A stretch of DNA of 64,000 nucleotides from Mobula hypostoma. Its lineage: Eukaryota. A model generated the notes under the pieces. It saw nothing but the letters and a program-made list of their open reading frames with translations. It searched no databases and had not been told where the DNA came from. Position 1 is the first letter of the stretch; each line of letters opens with the position of its first letter. Shown here one piece after another: positions 37,061-50,841 of the stretch. Where the stretch lies: the NCBI RefSeq assembly GCF_963921235.1, contig NC_086108.1, positions 54,004,001-54,068,000 of the forward strand, written 5' to 3'. A program made the position numbers and the translations under genes.

Positions 37061-38339
37061 TCACAACCAGATTGAGATAATTCCAACTTTTAAAATTTGG
37101 GCTATGTTATGACATTTTTTAATGAAATAAACTAGAATTGTATTAAATCATCTTCTTGCATTAACTGTGCTATTTTCCTGTTGAAATAACAGTTAGTTTT
37201 CCATTTTATGCTGTTTTAGCCAGGGTGGTTGGAGGGAGCCAAGATTGTGGTCAGTGTTTGAACTAGGATTCCTCATTATCTACCACTGGCTTTGCTGAAA
37301 ATGAGGACAGAATTCTACTTGACTGTCAGTTGGAACTGAAAATTCATTTTGATAAGTTCAGTTAGTTATTTTTGCTGTCTGGACTTTGATAACATAACGC
37401 TGGAAGAAGGCTTGCAGCCACAAGATGTACTCAGAGAGAATGGGCACTGAGGTAAATATTGGGGCAGATTGGAGGAAAATCTTTTTAATTCTATTTTGTG
37501 GCTTGACCAAATTAAAAAAAAATACAGTTATAAGGTTTAAAATGTTATCCTAGACAGAAGTTCCTGTAAACGCCAGATAATGAGCAGCCATAATTAGGGT
37601 AACCTTTATTGCAACTGATTCTTTTGTTTCGCCTCACATTTAAATTCTCTGCATCTAAGTGATATCTGTAATATTTGTCCACATCACAAGAGGTTTTGAG
37701 TTCAAAAAGTCCACTTTCCTGTTTCAGCCATCCATTGTTAACAAGCAGCAGGTAAAAGGAAGCTAAATGTCAAATTCCCTTATTGTAAGGCGAGTAGAGG
37801 ATAAAAGTGGGAAGTCTTGCTGTGACTCCACAGCATATTGGAAAAAACTGCATCTTAAATGCTGTGCATTTTGATCCCCTCATTTAAGGAGGGACATACT
37901 TCGTAGGTAGTGAAGGAATGTTCACAAGATTGGTTATGTATAATGAAGGGGTTGGTTTATGAAGAAAGATTGAGTGGTTGAATCTTTGAACCTTTGAGAT
38001 TGGACCTATTTCATTGAACTTTTAGAATGACGAGAACTGATGGTGTTGCTACGGGGACTTGGCCAGTGTAAAATTCATGAGGATATTTCCCCTCATTGGA
38101 GGGTCTAGAGCTGGATGGCTAGTCCGAAAATATGGGGTTTTTCATTTAAGGCATTGAATCTGCAGGGCACCTTATAAATATTTGGTCCACCAAGTTGAGT
38201 CCTGATCAAAATTAGTCTTGATCTTACTGAATGGTGAAGTAAGCGTAAAGGATCAAATGGTGTCTTACCTCTTATTGTCCCAAGTCAACAGATTGATACC
38301 CAAATCTGGTGATACTTCCTTGTGTATTATAGCACTTCT

Positions 38340-39492
38340 CCCCACTGGTGTACCTGGCAGTCCAGCCTGGTTTTCAGTGCCCTGCCAGGTACATCATTTC
38401 CTCCTTGCTGACAATAAACACAGGCGTGCCTCAAGTCTGCACACTTAGCCCATTGCTCAATTTCCCTGCACTCATGAATGTATGGCTCAAATGCCAACTA
38501 TCAGTTTACCAGTGATGACACGTTGTTGGCTGAATCTCAGATGGTGACGAGGCCATCTCTTTGTTCATTACCTAGGCCAGTATAAGCCCTGGGAGACTTT
38601 TCTGTTTAATTGGGATCAACTAATGTGTTGTAGATCAGAATTCAAACACAAGATCTGAAATTTATTTTTAAAGATTGATGCAACAGAATCCAATTCAAAA
38701 GGATTTCCTGGAGGGGAAAGTTCCAGGCAATAATAAAACCTCTCACAATCTTGCACTAAATTGGTGACAAGGCATACAGGAGTGAGATACATTGGCTGGC
38801 TAAGTGGTGTCGTAACAACTTTGTAGACCAACATCAACAAGACTAAGTGATTGATTTTACTTTAAGTAAGGGGAAATTGGAAGCACACACGCTAGTCCTC
38901 ATTGACGGGTCAGTGGTGGAAAGGGTGAGTAGATTTAAATTCCTGGGCATAAACATCTTGGAGAATCTACCCTGTGCCCAACCCATTGAAATAATCATGA
39001 AGGGTGTGCCACAGGTTCTACTTCATTGGAAGCTTGAGGAGATGTCACTTAAGATTCTTGCAAATTTCTATGGATGTACCATGGAGAACATTCTGACTAG
39101 TCATATCACTACGTGGTGTGGTGACTCTGATGCACAGGACTGCGAGGGGCTGTAGAGGGTTGCTCTACAACCTGGGCACAACCCTCCTGCCACCAAGAAC
39201 ATCGTCAAGAGGCTGTGCCTCAAGATGACAGCATCCAGAATTAAAGACCTCACCATCCAGGACATGCCGCCTTCTCGTTACTACCATCATGACGAGGTAT
39301 AAGAGCCTCAAGACCTTGCCCTCCCGCATCAGATTTGTGAAAAGTTCCTGAACGCTACCTCAATATTTGTCTTTCCCACTGTTTCCCCATTTATTTATTT
39401 TTGTAGCTTGTAGTAAGTTTAATGTCTTGTAAAACAACAGATTTCATGACATGCTCAACGTCAGTGATAATAAACCTGATTTTGATTCTGAT
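38340..39492 (+). mobile_element. Decayed Rex1/Babar LINE RT to 3' end
   Basis: NINKTK..IDF, VERVSRFKFLGINI and FYGCTMENILT; tail aataaacctgattttgattctga. Confidence 0.8.
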
Positions 39493-40524
39493 TTATTTTG
39501 TGTGATACTTGTTTTTATTTATAAATAGAGATATTTTTATTCCTCCTTCCAGCCTTCTCTACGAGATTCGTAAGAAGGATAATTTATTTAGTGCTAGATT
39601 GTGAAAGTTTTTGATGTTTGGGGCTTAGTCCTCCAAGAAACATTTTTACATTGGATTCTGCTGCATTAATCTTGGCAGACTAAATTTCAGAATCTATATT
39701 TGAACTCTGATCTGCAGCATGTCAGTTGTTACCAATTAAGTTGAAATGTGGACCCAATCTCCCAAGGATTTGAATGGATCTGTGACCCAGATGACAAGCA
39801 TTTCCTAACCAGCCAATCTCCAAAGCAGTGGACTTCAGGCAACAAGTCAGCTTTGTTTTTCTTCCCTAGTACTATGATTGCAGTATTCAGTAGCAACTTG
39901 TCTGCTGTCAAAAAAAAAACAAGAGTTGCCATTAGGGTTGTTGTTTACCACACAAAGTGGCTTGTAAAGACTCTCAGAAATTCTGCCAGCAGATTACTGG
40001 TATTGTTGAGACATCATTTCTGGCAAGTGGCAATGGTTTTGTGGGGCATGAGCCTATAGCTCTAACTCCATGAGATGACATTAATACAACTGTGTCTGCC
40101 ATAATGCAACCATTGTTCTAGCTATCGTCTTGTACCTAGCCAGCTTAAACTGCTGCCATCTGAAGCAGAATGATACAGTACAGAGTCGGTCACTCCTTTG
40201 TGAATGTTGAAGTACTTGAGGTCACAGGTAGATAACTGCACTTCTAGCAACCAATAGGACTAGCAGTGTGCAGAACTAAAAGGGGAAAACCATACCGACA
40301 GTAGGATATCACTAATGGAATGTACAGGAAGGTGACTGTTTAAATTAATGTGTCACTGTTTTAATTTGTAAAATGATTTTTGAGTTTCTTGTTGTGTAAT
40401 CATGGCTGTAAGCACATTGTGATGGTAGAGGCAAGGTTTGGGCATGTTGGTGACTTGAGACTTGGGGTCATGGCTGCTGGAACCTCTCTGAAGAGCTGAT
40501 CGTGATGATGAAGCTATGCAGCAC

Positions 40525-42150
40525 ACAGTGGAATCAGATTAGACCACAGAGTCTGCTCCACTATTTGATCATGGCTGGTTTATTTTCCCTCTCAGTCCCA
40601 TTTTCCTGCCTTCTCCCTGTAACCTTTGGCACTTTTACTAATCAACCTATCAATATTCACTTTAAATACACCCACTAGCTTGGCCCCCACAGCCATCTGT
40701 GGCAATGAATTCCTAAGATTCACCATCTTCTGGCTAAAGAAATTCCTCCTCATCGCTGTTTTAAAGGGACATGCTTATATTCTGAGGCTGTGCTCTTTGG
40801 TCCTAGTCTCCTCCATTATAGGAAACGTTCTCTCCATGTTATTTAGACCTTTCAATATTCAACACAGGTTTCCCCCGCTATCCGAATGTAGAGTGTTCCT
40901 ATGAAATCGTTCGTAAGCCGAAATGGCGTAAAGCGAAGAAGCAATTGCCTTTAATTTATATGGGAAATTTTTTGAGTGTTCCCAGACCCAAAAAATAACC
41001 TACCAAATCATACCAAATAACACATAAAACCTAAAATAACAGTAACATATAGTAAAAGGAATGATATGATAAATACACAGCCTATATAAAGTAGAAATAA
41101 TGTATGTACAGTGTAGTTTCACTGAAAAGAATTGGGAAGTTTGAGCCAAAATCAATTTGTTGAAAAAAATTGGCATGTACACGTATGTGCACGTCACACA
41201 TTCGCATGTACATGCAAGCACATGTACACGCATTTGCACGTCACGCATGCGCACGTACCTGCCCGCGCAAGGCTTCATGGTCATGGTAGTCTTTCTCTGG
41301 GTAAACACAAGTTTAAAACGAGTGTCTTTTTTCATAAAAGCGAAAATCCTCTTTCAGTTAACGAAAACAGGTACTAATGTAGGTCTTTCGTAAAAGCTAA
41401 GTGCCATAAAGAGAATGTTTGGAAAGTGGGGGACACCTGTATGCTTCAACGAGATCTCCCTTCATTCTTCTAAACTCCCGCAAGTACAGGCCCGGTGGCA
41501 TCAAATGCTTCTCACATGTCAACCCTTTCACTTCTAGATCATTCTCACCCACCTCATATGAACGCTCTCCAATATCAGTGCATCCATTCTGAGATATGCA
41601 GCCCAAAACTGTTCACAATACTCCAAATATGGTCTGACCAATGCCTTTTAATTCCTCAGCATTACATCCTTGGATTTTATATACTAGTCCTCTGGAAATG
41701 AATGCTAACACTGTATTTGCCTTTCTTACAACTGACTCACCCTGGCAAGTTAACCTATAGAAAATCCTGCATGAGTACTCCCAAGACCCTTTCCACCTCC
41801 CATTTCTGAATTCATTCCCCATGTAAACTATAGTCTTTTCCTTTATTCCTTAAACAAAATTGCTTCACCATACACATCCCAACACTGTATTACATCTGCC
41901 AGTTTGCCTTTTCTCCTCTAATGGCCATATCCTTCTGCAGACTCACTGCTTCCTTAACACTACCTGCCCAAAACCTGTCTTTGTATCATCCACAAACTTG
42001 TCCACAAATCTATTGATTCCATTATCCAAATCATTAACATATAACGAAAAAGTAGTGGACCCACCATAGACCCTTTTGGACTCAGGGTCCAAAACACAGC
42101 TAGTCATTGGCAGCTAACCAGAAAAGGCTTCCTTTATGACCATTCTTTGA
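40525..42150 (-). mobile_element. Decayed CR1 LINE 3' portion
   Basis: ESVVRKANTVLAFISRG and EFRRMKGDLVE on the minus strand; interrupted by a MITE. Confidence 0.85.
40865..41439 (+). mobile_element. Tigger/pogo-like MITE, copy 1
   Basis: caggtttcccccgct / agtgggggacacctg termini; TA on the right and CA on the left; homologous in reverse to 50324-50841. Confidence 0.85.
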
Positions 42151-44724
42151 GTTCTCAAAACTGCAGGGTGAATCCTACCATTAGTGAAATAGTGGTTGAG
42201 GATTGTGTGGCATTCTCTGAAGTCTGGAGCCAATTCCAACAGAGTGATGGTTGGAAATATTACTTCATTCAGATGGTAGGTTAGAACTTCCATAAAGATT
42301 AGTTTTAAAGCTTAAGATGGATAGGGTTTGTGAACCAAGGTATTTTGGAATATAGAGCACAGACGGAATTTTGTAAAAGGGTTACAGATCGGCCTTGCTG
42401 ACTGGTTGAACACATTTGAGAACTAATTCTGTTCCTCGCCACTTCAGATATTAATACTGTATTGCAAAGCTCTTTTAGACCTGCAACAGAAGCTTTGTAT
42501 AATTTTTTTTTTGCAAATGCTTCACAAACCTGCACCATCTTGAGCCATCATGTCAGATCAGAACACCACCACTTGCAAGTAGCCTTTAGGTCACATGGTG
42601 TCCTTGCTTAGAAACATAATGTTCTTTCATTATTGCTAGCTTAAAATCCTGGAACACTCAATGCAGCAGGATCTTTACTCTGAGGGCTCTCAAGAGTTCA
42701 AGAAAATTATTTACAGTTGGGCATTAAGTGCATGCATGCCTTGGCAGTGACGGCGTTATGTGTGTGAGTGAAGAAGAAAACAGAGCCAACTGCAAATGGT
42801 CATGACTGTCTGCGAGGCCATAAACCACGAGCAACCATTTGTAGAAGGGAGAAATCTGAAGGTAAAAAGAAATTAAGAAAGAACACTTGCCCCCATTACT
42901 CATTTGGGTGATTTTGCTTCAAAAGGTTGTGGGAAGGTATTGCCAGCGATAACCGTGGAATCTCATTCGCGTCATAGAAATAGTTGAGCGCATAACCAGC
43001 ATCAATGAGCAACTTCACATGAGTGATACATGTCTTGTGTTTGCTGTGTTGTTTCTCTTGGTAGATCTTCCCTGATTTAGGGAATCCATCTCTACCAATA
43101 GAGTGAACACTGCATCCGTTACTCAGACATGGATATGCTGTTTCACACAGTTACGAAAATGGCATTATTGATCAGTTGTATGTGGTCCGTAACTTGCAGT
43201 TCAGTTGATTAAATTCTGTTGATTAAAACAAAAACCCATATTTTTAAATTAGCTTTCATTTCCTACATCCCATTTCTATTACAGTGGCAGATTGCACTGT
43301 AGTTACAGAGCTTGATATAGTTTTTGTGTCAAAATAACTGCTGCATAACTTCTATCACTGAACACCTTCATGCATTTGCTATGTGCAGTAAATCGGTGCT
43401 AGCAATTTTAAACCTGATGAGCACAATTGTTGATAAAGTTCCAGTGGCCTGAAGCAAATGGGGGGTGGGGGGGTCCTATTGAGATCAATATTATTCTGAA
43501 ATTTGGAAGACGAATATGCTTTTTGAAGAACTATGAAGTAAAATGATGGAACCAGCGGAAGCAAGGGAACATGCCGGAATTTGTAGATTCCAGCATTCCT
43601 AGAAATACTATATGGTTCAAATTGCTTCTGTACTTTTTGGCTTCATACCAATCTCGGTCTTGCTAGGACCAGTAAGAAGCACATTCTGTCAGTGCTGGAT
43701 TCCGCAAAAGTTTGCATGGGTCAGGTGACTTGAGTTGAAGCTATATGAATTTTGGTCCCTTTGGATTATTGTGGAAATTATGCTTAAAAGATCCTATAAA
43801 ATACGAATTGCATCCTCTCATGATCCATGTGAGTTCCAAATATCTCTGGTGATTACAGCTGGTTATTTATGATTGCATTATAATTGTCTTCTTAATACTG
43901 GCCTATTCTATGAAATGTAATTAATATCTGGACAGTGAAGAAAAAAACCAGATGGAACCTGCTGTGCACTTAATGTTTCAGTAATATTTGAGTAACCTTG
44001 TGCGCACGTGTGTATGTATGTGTTTATGTATACATACGTATATAATGTTTGATTAAGCGTTCTTGTTTAAATAATTCATTACAGGTTGTATGCAAAAATA
44101 CGTGAATTTCATATGTCATCACACTACCATGTGAAAGTGCGCGCCCTGCTTCAGCAGAAAGTTATACCTGCATTCCTGGATTCCCGTGTCTTCCTTTTGA
44201 ATTAGCTTAATGTTTTGAAGTTGCAAAACAGAACAGTGCTGACGTGGTATTTCTAAAATGAACCCAGGACGGCTATCGCTCTGTTGAAGCTCAGAGAGAC
44301 ATTAAAACGCAGCGAGGAATGGCGAATAAAAGATTGCAGCCCAGCACCTGCAGAGACTGTCGAGTTAAAATAAAGGCAGAAAATGTAAAAATTCATGGGT
44401 TCATAAAGAGCAAGTACCGGGTGATAATAATCCTTTTTTTAAAAAAAGAACAGAAATGGCTGGCTATATCAGAAAGATTAACACGTTTGATTGCTCAGTG
44501 GGTAACTGGCCCATGCATACTGAGCTAAATCAACAGTATTTTGAAGCAACTGAAATAGCCAATGAGAAACAAGTACCAATTTTGCTGCGTGGATTGGGTT
44601 TAAAGGTGTTTAATTGCCCCAGCCAAATTCCCAGAAATGACCTTCACTGATATTGTGAAAGTAATGCAGGACATTTAGAACCAAAGCCATTGTTGACTAC
44701 AGAACACTTTAGGTTTATAAGCGT

Positions 44725-45218
44725 AACCTACCAATCTGTTGTTGCCAGTACAATCTTCTATGCAGTGGTGCGCTGGGGCAATTAACACAGGTGATGCCAA
44801 CAGGCTCAATAAACTGATAAAAAGGCTGGCTGTGTTACAGGAGTCAAACTGGACACACTGGAGGCTGTGGTAGTACAAAGGTCCCTACGGAAAATCCTGG
44901 TAATTCTGAACAATGTTTCTTGCCCTCTGCATGCCACCTTGGCTGAACAGAGGAGCACCTTAGACAACTGCACTTAGACTAAGACAACTGCACTGGTCTA
45001 AAGTCCGTTACGAGGTCATTCTTGCCCTCAGCCATAAGGCTCTATAATGAGTCAACCTATAGCCAGGGAAGTGATAAACCCCTCCTGTTAGATTGCTTGA
45101 GGTAACTTATTTTTTTAATTATTCTTTGTACTTCTCTAATATTGTATATCTGTGAACTTGTAATGATACTGTGACACTAATCTCCTTTGGGATCAATAAA
45201 GTATCTATCCATCTATCT
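44725..45218 (+). mobile_element. Rex1/Babar-type LINE 3' fragment nested in Gypsy gag
   Basis: YQSVVASTIFYAVV.WG..RLNKLIK; caataaagta followed by a (tcta)n tail. Confidence 0.8.
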
Positions 45219-46005
45219 AAATTGCTTAATCAGTGGAAACTGTAGACACAGATGTAATTGAGTTGCAGTCAGGAATTAAAGTGAACATGAACAAAATTGC
45301 AGTGTCTAAACAGAAACCAACCTGGCCAGACAAATTGTGTTACCATTGTGGCAGGGGCACATATTCATCAAACAAATGCAGATTTAAAGGTGAAACTTGC
45401 AGAAAATGCAGCAGAGTAGGATACATACAAAGAGCATGTTGGGCAGACAAAAATAAATGGACAAGAGAAAAAGCTGAAAAGTCAAGTTGCAGTTTCAAAA
45501 AGAGCACTAATCTGCATGCTGTTGATGGAAAAATTTGATAATTATGAGAGTGACACAGGACTGCGTAGCCTTGAGATTTAGAGGGTGAAAATTAACAATA
45601 AACAAGCAATATTTAAATTTAATTCAACACTGGTTCAGCTGTTTCATTCATTCAACAAAATTAGTTTGAATGGCATTTCAAAGATACTAAACTGAAGCCT
45701 GTAGATATCCAGCTAAGCACTTATATTGGAGAAAAGATAACTCCTATAGGAATGACATTCGTGACAGTGAAATACAATAACCAACAAGTCACATTGAGCT
45801 GGTATGTGGTAAAAACAGGAGGACCAGCATGGTGGGAATGTAGTTGTTTCAGCCATTCACAACTTGATTGGCGACCCGGCCACCATTTACATGCCACATC
45901 CCTTACAAAAAGGTCACCTGAAAGAAAATTAAGAAAGGTACTGGAAGATGGCACAAATGTCTGTGCTGAACCCCATGAACCATTGCCCAACAGAGGACAA
46001 AACAG

Positions 46006-46565
46006 ATGCTGGTGCCAACTTCTGTGCCTCTGGTTGGAAAGCATATTGGACCAAGGAAGGACCATGCTGCTTAGAAGAATCATGAAGTTGTTGAAAGCAG
46101 TGGTCCAACTCCCAACAGTTTTAGTAGGCAACATTTCTGAGAAAGCTACTGATAGGTTAATCAGGCAGTCACTTGCACAATATGGCTTGGTTTTAAGCTG
46201 GGAGAGAGCTCAAGGAGCTTCAGGAAAGTTGCAAGCATTTAGCTTTTGTGAGTATAAAGATCCAGAATCTACTCTGCTTGCATTAAGGTTATTGCATGAA
46301 CTTCAAGTGGGAGACAAAAAGCTGCTTGTAAAAGTAGATGCAAAGTCCAAAGCCCAGCTGATGAATGGGAGGCCAAAAAGAAAGAAATCAATGGAGATAG
46401 GGAAACAGAGGATTCATCGGATGATTGTTGTGGATGAGGAAACCAAGAGGAGAGATCAAATTTTATACAAAGGGAGCAACAGAAGGATTAATAAGAGAAT
46501 CCTCTGGTGAACTGAATGGACCATCCCAAGATCAAGGCACACAAACTAGGAAAAAATAAGGAGAA
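46006..46565 (+). pseudogene. RBM25: Processed (intronless) partial pseudogene of RNA-binding protein 25, including the RRM
   Basis: MLVPTSVPLVGKHIGPRKDH, TVLVGNISEKATDRLIRQ..LVLSWERAQGASGKLQAFSFCEYKDPESTL.ALRLLHELQVGDKKLLVKVDAKSKAQL, DEWEAKKK, DEETKRRDQ and LIRESSGELNGPSQ match recalled RBM25 in order. TAG at 46072-46074 and several frameshifts. Confidence 0.92.
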
Positions 46566-49426
46566 TTCCTTTGAATTAGTTTAATGTTCTGAAGTTAGAA
46601 AATTAACAGGACCCTCCACTAAATTTCGAGAGATAGGCACTGTTTGGTTGCCCTGGATTTTTGATGGGGAGAAGTGGGGAGGGAGAAAATCAGCATCCAC
46701 TTTTTGAAGCAGCACTGTTGTCTTTGCAGCACGCACTTCAAGCAGTTATTGCTGCTGTTCACACTTAACAAAACAGTTGTGCAAGTATTTTTTTCAAAAA
46801 AAAAAGGACAAGCCATTCCAAACTCATCTGGGGAACAGGACTTTTCGTTAGAGCCGAGAAGTGAGGCAAACTGAGCTGTGTGCCCCTTGTTATTTGCACA
46901 TTGTTAAATATATTTGCTCTAAAACTGCCATGTGGAATCTCTTGCTACCCTCTCCCCCATAAATTTCCTGCCTTGCTGCAGTTTCCCCAGGATTATTTTG
47001 AAAGGTAAAATGTTAGTGGTTATGGTGTCCCTGTATGATTTTTTTTTTGGCATGAGTCTACTTTGGGGTGGGATACTATTTCCAGAGTGCATTGAAATTT
47101 TTGTACAAGAAAAACAAGTGGATTCTACTTGTTGCTCGTTTGTAGTTGGAGGTTTCAAGTTTAATTATCATTCAGCCATGCATGAATATAGCCAAACAAA
47201 ACAGTATTCCTCCGGAGCTAAGGTGCAAAGCTAATTACCAACACCACGCAGCATCTAGTACAAATAGCAGATATGGTTACAATTTCAGAAAAAGATACAC
47301 TCATAAAGAGAAAAAATATATAGCCCAAGTCCCTGAGTTGTCCTTGGGGTCCAGCTTGGTCTTCCACTGACCGGACACCAGAGGGCAGCACTGGTGGGAA
47401 TGTCCAGCCCTCAACCCAGTACAAATTCAATGGCTCACGGCTAACTCCAGCATCTTTGTTGCTAGCAACCGCAACAGGCAACTCAAGGCATGAGGGCCTT
47501 GTCCATGGAACAACCAAGACAATACAGCTCCCCCGCCATCGGGAAATTTGTGGTATTCAGGTGCCAAATTAAATTTGCATTTAATGCAACCGCTCCCCTT
47601 TAACACATGACATGCTCCCTGCAAAGAATTGGTTTCTATACTTGCTTTGAAGTCTTTAAGTTTTATTTGTACTTTTTTTAAAAAAAAAGTTTGGCCATTG
47701 CTTACAGAGTTTTGGCTATCCATTATACTAATGAAATTTTTCTTTGGGTCCTATCAACATTGATTTTTTTTAGTTGTGTTTCTTGACCATATAATGTGGT
47801 CCACAATAATGAACTCTTACGTTTTTGTGTTTAATATTCGGTGCTTTTTCACTCTTTCAACGAGATCTCTGGTTTTTTTGTTTAGTAGCTGTGGGAAGGT
47901 GAATCTCAGGGTTGTATACTGCATAAATACTTTGAAAATAAATATACTTTGAATTTTGAATCTTTGAATTCAGCAATTTATAGTTCTGTAAGTTAATGAA
48001 CTCAATGCGGAGCCTCAACAACCTTTGGGGTGGAGAGCTCCAAAGGACAGCTTCCCTCTGAATAAAGAAGTTTCTCCTCGTCTCAGTCCTAAGTACATCT
48101 CTTATTCCAGACTCCTGAGCCGGGGGAGAATTCATCCTGCATTCTGCTTTGAATCCCCATGAGAATTGTGTATGTTTTAATAAGGTCTCTTCAGGAAAAT
48201 ACAAGTCCAGTTCAAACAAATGAGATTTTTCACCTGCGATCCAGTTTCATTTTTTCTGATACCTGCAGTGACCCTTCGTGACTTGGATTCTTTTCAGGAT
48301 CTCGGTTAGGTAGATGTTCGGCATTTGTGAACTTGAGCAGACGAGAGAGGCATCACATATAAACCGAGGTTTATTAACAATCATTGCAGATAATATGGAT
48401 TTTTATCAAGTTATCAGATGGTGGTCAGTATAAAAGCCTGTGTTGGTTTTCCTTTTCTCCTCCAGCCCATGGCAATTGGCTTGTTTGTGGCCTTGGATGA
48501 TGGCAAATGGTAAGATTTAAAGATTGGAAAAGGAGTCTTAAACTGAACAGAAAATAGACATTTGAATCTTAGCTGTTTTTGTTGACAATAGTATGTCAAT
48601 AGCTCAACAATTGGATTTTCAATTTTCACACCAGTTATCTTTCTTCTGTTTTCACATCAGACTTGCTGAACTGAAAATACTTTTCTCATTGCTTATCCAC
48701 CTCTCCTCTCAACATTGTAAGTGAGATGACCAAGAATTTGGCGTGTGACCTGTAAGTCAGAGAAATTTTCATCCCATTGACACAGAGGTTTAAATACAAT
48801 TTTTGTTTTTTGAAACTTCACTTTGTCTTTACCCAACTTGTTTGAAACTCGTAGGAAGCTCATTCTTTTGTTGAACAAAGAACACTAAGTCCAAAAGTAA
48901 AAGCCTGCAGTTTGTGGCCTGGAAAAGGCAGAAAGGATGTTGCATGCAAAGTCTGACTTTGATCATTCCTGAAATGGTCACGTGCCGCAGTGAGCATTTT
49001 AAAAGCTGTGCTTCATTAGTTTTTGCCTTCCAGCTGAATCCTTCCCCATTAAACAGAATAATTTACCACAGCAAGAGGTCTTTTATATAATCCCCAGAGA
49101 GTGGAACCATAAAGGGGTAGAGTGAAAAAGATGTAGGAGATGCTTGTAACCTATAGGGGTCTTGTAGATTGGACACTAACTTGAGACCTTGCTAAGACAT
49201 ATCTGAAACACTATTGAAAACCCATTTATAGCAGACAAGCTGAATGATCCTTGCTGTTGACTAACCACTGCACACAAGGGATGGGTTGCACATACCCATA
49301 CCAAAGGGACGGGTTAGACCTGAACCTGAGGGGGTTCAATATCCTTGCAGGCAGGTTGACTAGATTTGTTCGGGTGGGTTTAAACTAATTTGGCAGGGGG
49401 TTGGGAGCTGGAGTGATAGTGCTGAA

Positions 49427-49523
49427 CGCACAACATGCTGGAAAACTCAGCAGACCAGGTAGCATCAATGGAAAAAAAAGTACAGTGAATGTTTTGGGCC
49501 GAAACCCTTAGGCAGGGCTGACT
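49427..49523 (-). mobile_element. Penelope terminal fragment with a degenerate hammerhead motif
   Basis: caacatgctggaaaactcagcagaccagg..gttttgggccgaaaccctt, homologous to 3380-3479. Confidence 0.7.
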
Positions 49524-50323
49524 CGTAGGGGATTCCAAGAGGAGGATTTTCTGGAATGCCTCTGAGATGGCTCTTTAGAGCTGCTTGTGGTTTAGTCCAC
49601 TAGGAGAGCAGCTATTCTGGATTGGACGTTGTGCAATGAACTGGACTTGATCAAAGAGCTTAAGGTAAAAGAAACCTTCGGGGCAAGTGATCATAATATG
49701 ATCGAATTCACCCTGAAATTTGAGGAGAAGCTAAAGTCAGATGCAACAGTATTACAGTGGAGTAAAGGAAGTTACCGAGGCGTGAGAGAGGAGCTGGGCA
49801 GAATTGATTGACAAAGAATACTGGCAGGGATGATGACAAAGCAGCGATGGCTGGAATTTCTGGAAGCAGTTCGGAAGGCACAGGATATATGTCCCAAAGA
49901 GGAAGAAGTATCCTAAAGGCAAGATGACACAACCATGGCTAACAAGGGACGTCAAAGTCAACACCAAAGCCAAAGAAAGGGCCTATAAATGAGCAAAAAT
50001 GAGTGAGAAGTAGAGGATTGGGAAGCTTTTAACCACCAACAGAGGGCAACTAAAAAAGTTATTAAGAAGGTAAAGGTGGGATATGAAAGTAAGCTAGCCA
50101 ATAATATTAAAGAGGATACCAAAATTTTCTTTAGATACATAAAGTGTAAAACAGAGATGAGAGTGGATATTGGACTGCTGAAAAACAGAGCTGGAGAGGT
50201 AGTAATGGAGGACAAGGAAATGGCAGACGAACTGAATAAGTATTTTGTATAAGTCTTCACTGTGGAAGATGCAGCAGCATGGTGGAAGTTCCAGACTGTC
50301 AGAGGTGTGTAAAGTTGCCTTTA

Positions 50324-50841
50324 CAGGTGTCCCCCGCTTTATGAAAGTTCACTTTACTCCACTTCGCTTTTACAAAAGACCTACATTAGTTCCTGCTTTC
50401 GCTAACTGAAAGAAATCTGAAGAGGATTTTCGCTTTTACAAGAAAGGGTGCCCGCTTTAAACTTGTGTTTACCTCGAGAAAGACTACCATGACCGTGAAG
50501 CCTTGCACAGCCAGGTGTGTGCGCGAGAGTGTACGTGCTGATTTTTTTCCCTACAAATTGGTTTTGGCTAAATCTTCCCAATTCTGGTAAGTGAAACTAC
50601 ACTGTACACACATTATTTCTACTTTATATAGGCTGTGTATTCATCATATCATTCCTGCTTTTACTATATGTTAGGTTTTATGTGCTCTTTGATATGATTT
50701 GGTAGGTTATTTTTTGGGTCTGGGAACACTCAAAAATTTTTCCCATATAAATTAATGGTAATTGCTTCTTCACTTTACGACATTCCGGCTTGCTAAAGGT
50801 TTCATAGGAATGCTCTACTTTCAGATAGTGGGGGAAACCTC
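50324..50841 (-). mobile_element. Tigger/pogo-like MITE, copy 2
   Basis: ta|caggtgtcccccgct ... agtgggggaaacctc|ta with a TA TSD. Confidence 0.88.

Larger units (their letters stand above)
43960..46608 (+). mobile_element. Gypsy-type LTR retrotransposon remnant carrying an RBM25 cDNA fragment
   Basis: 5' LTR TG..ACA at 43960-44235; PBS-like gtgctgacgtgg; gag start MAGYIRKINTFD (44456); zinc knuckles CYHCGRG..C / CRKCSRVGY..RAC; protease remnant NTGSAVS (about 45625); 43-nt 3' LTR end at 46566-46608; TSD gaacc/ggacc. Confidence 0.85.

Noticed and set aside
46006..46565. Functional RBM25 gene
   Set aside because: Partial, intronless, with an in-frame stop and frameshifts, and embedded in an LTR element.
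48850..49100. Possible enhancer with a CACGTG E-box
   Set aside because: A single short motif; conservation cannot be assessed from this sequence alone.
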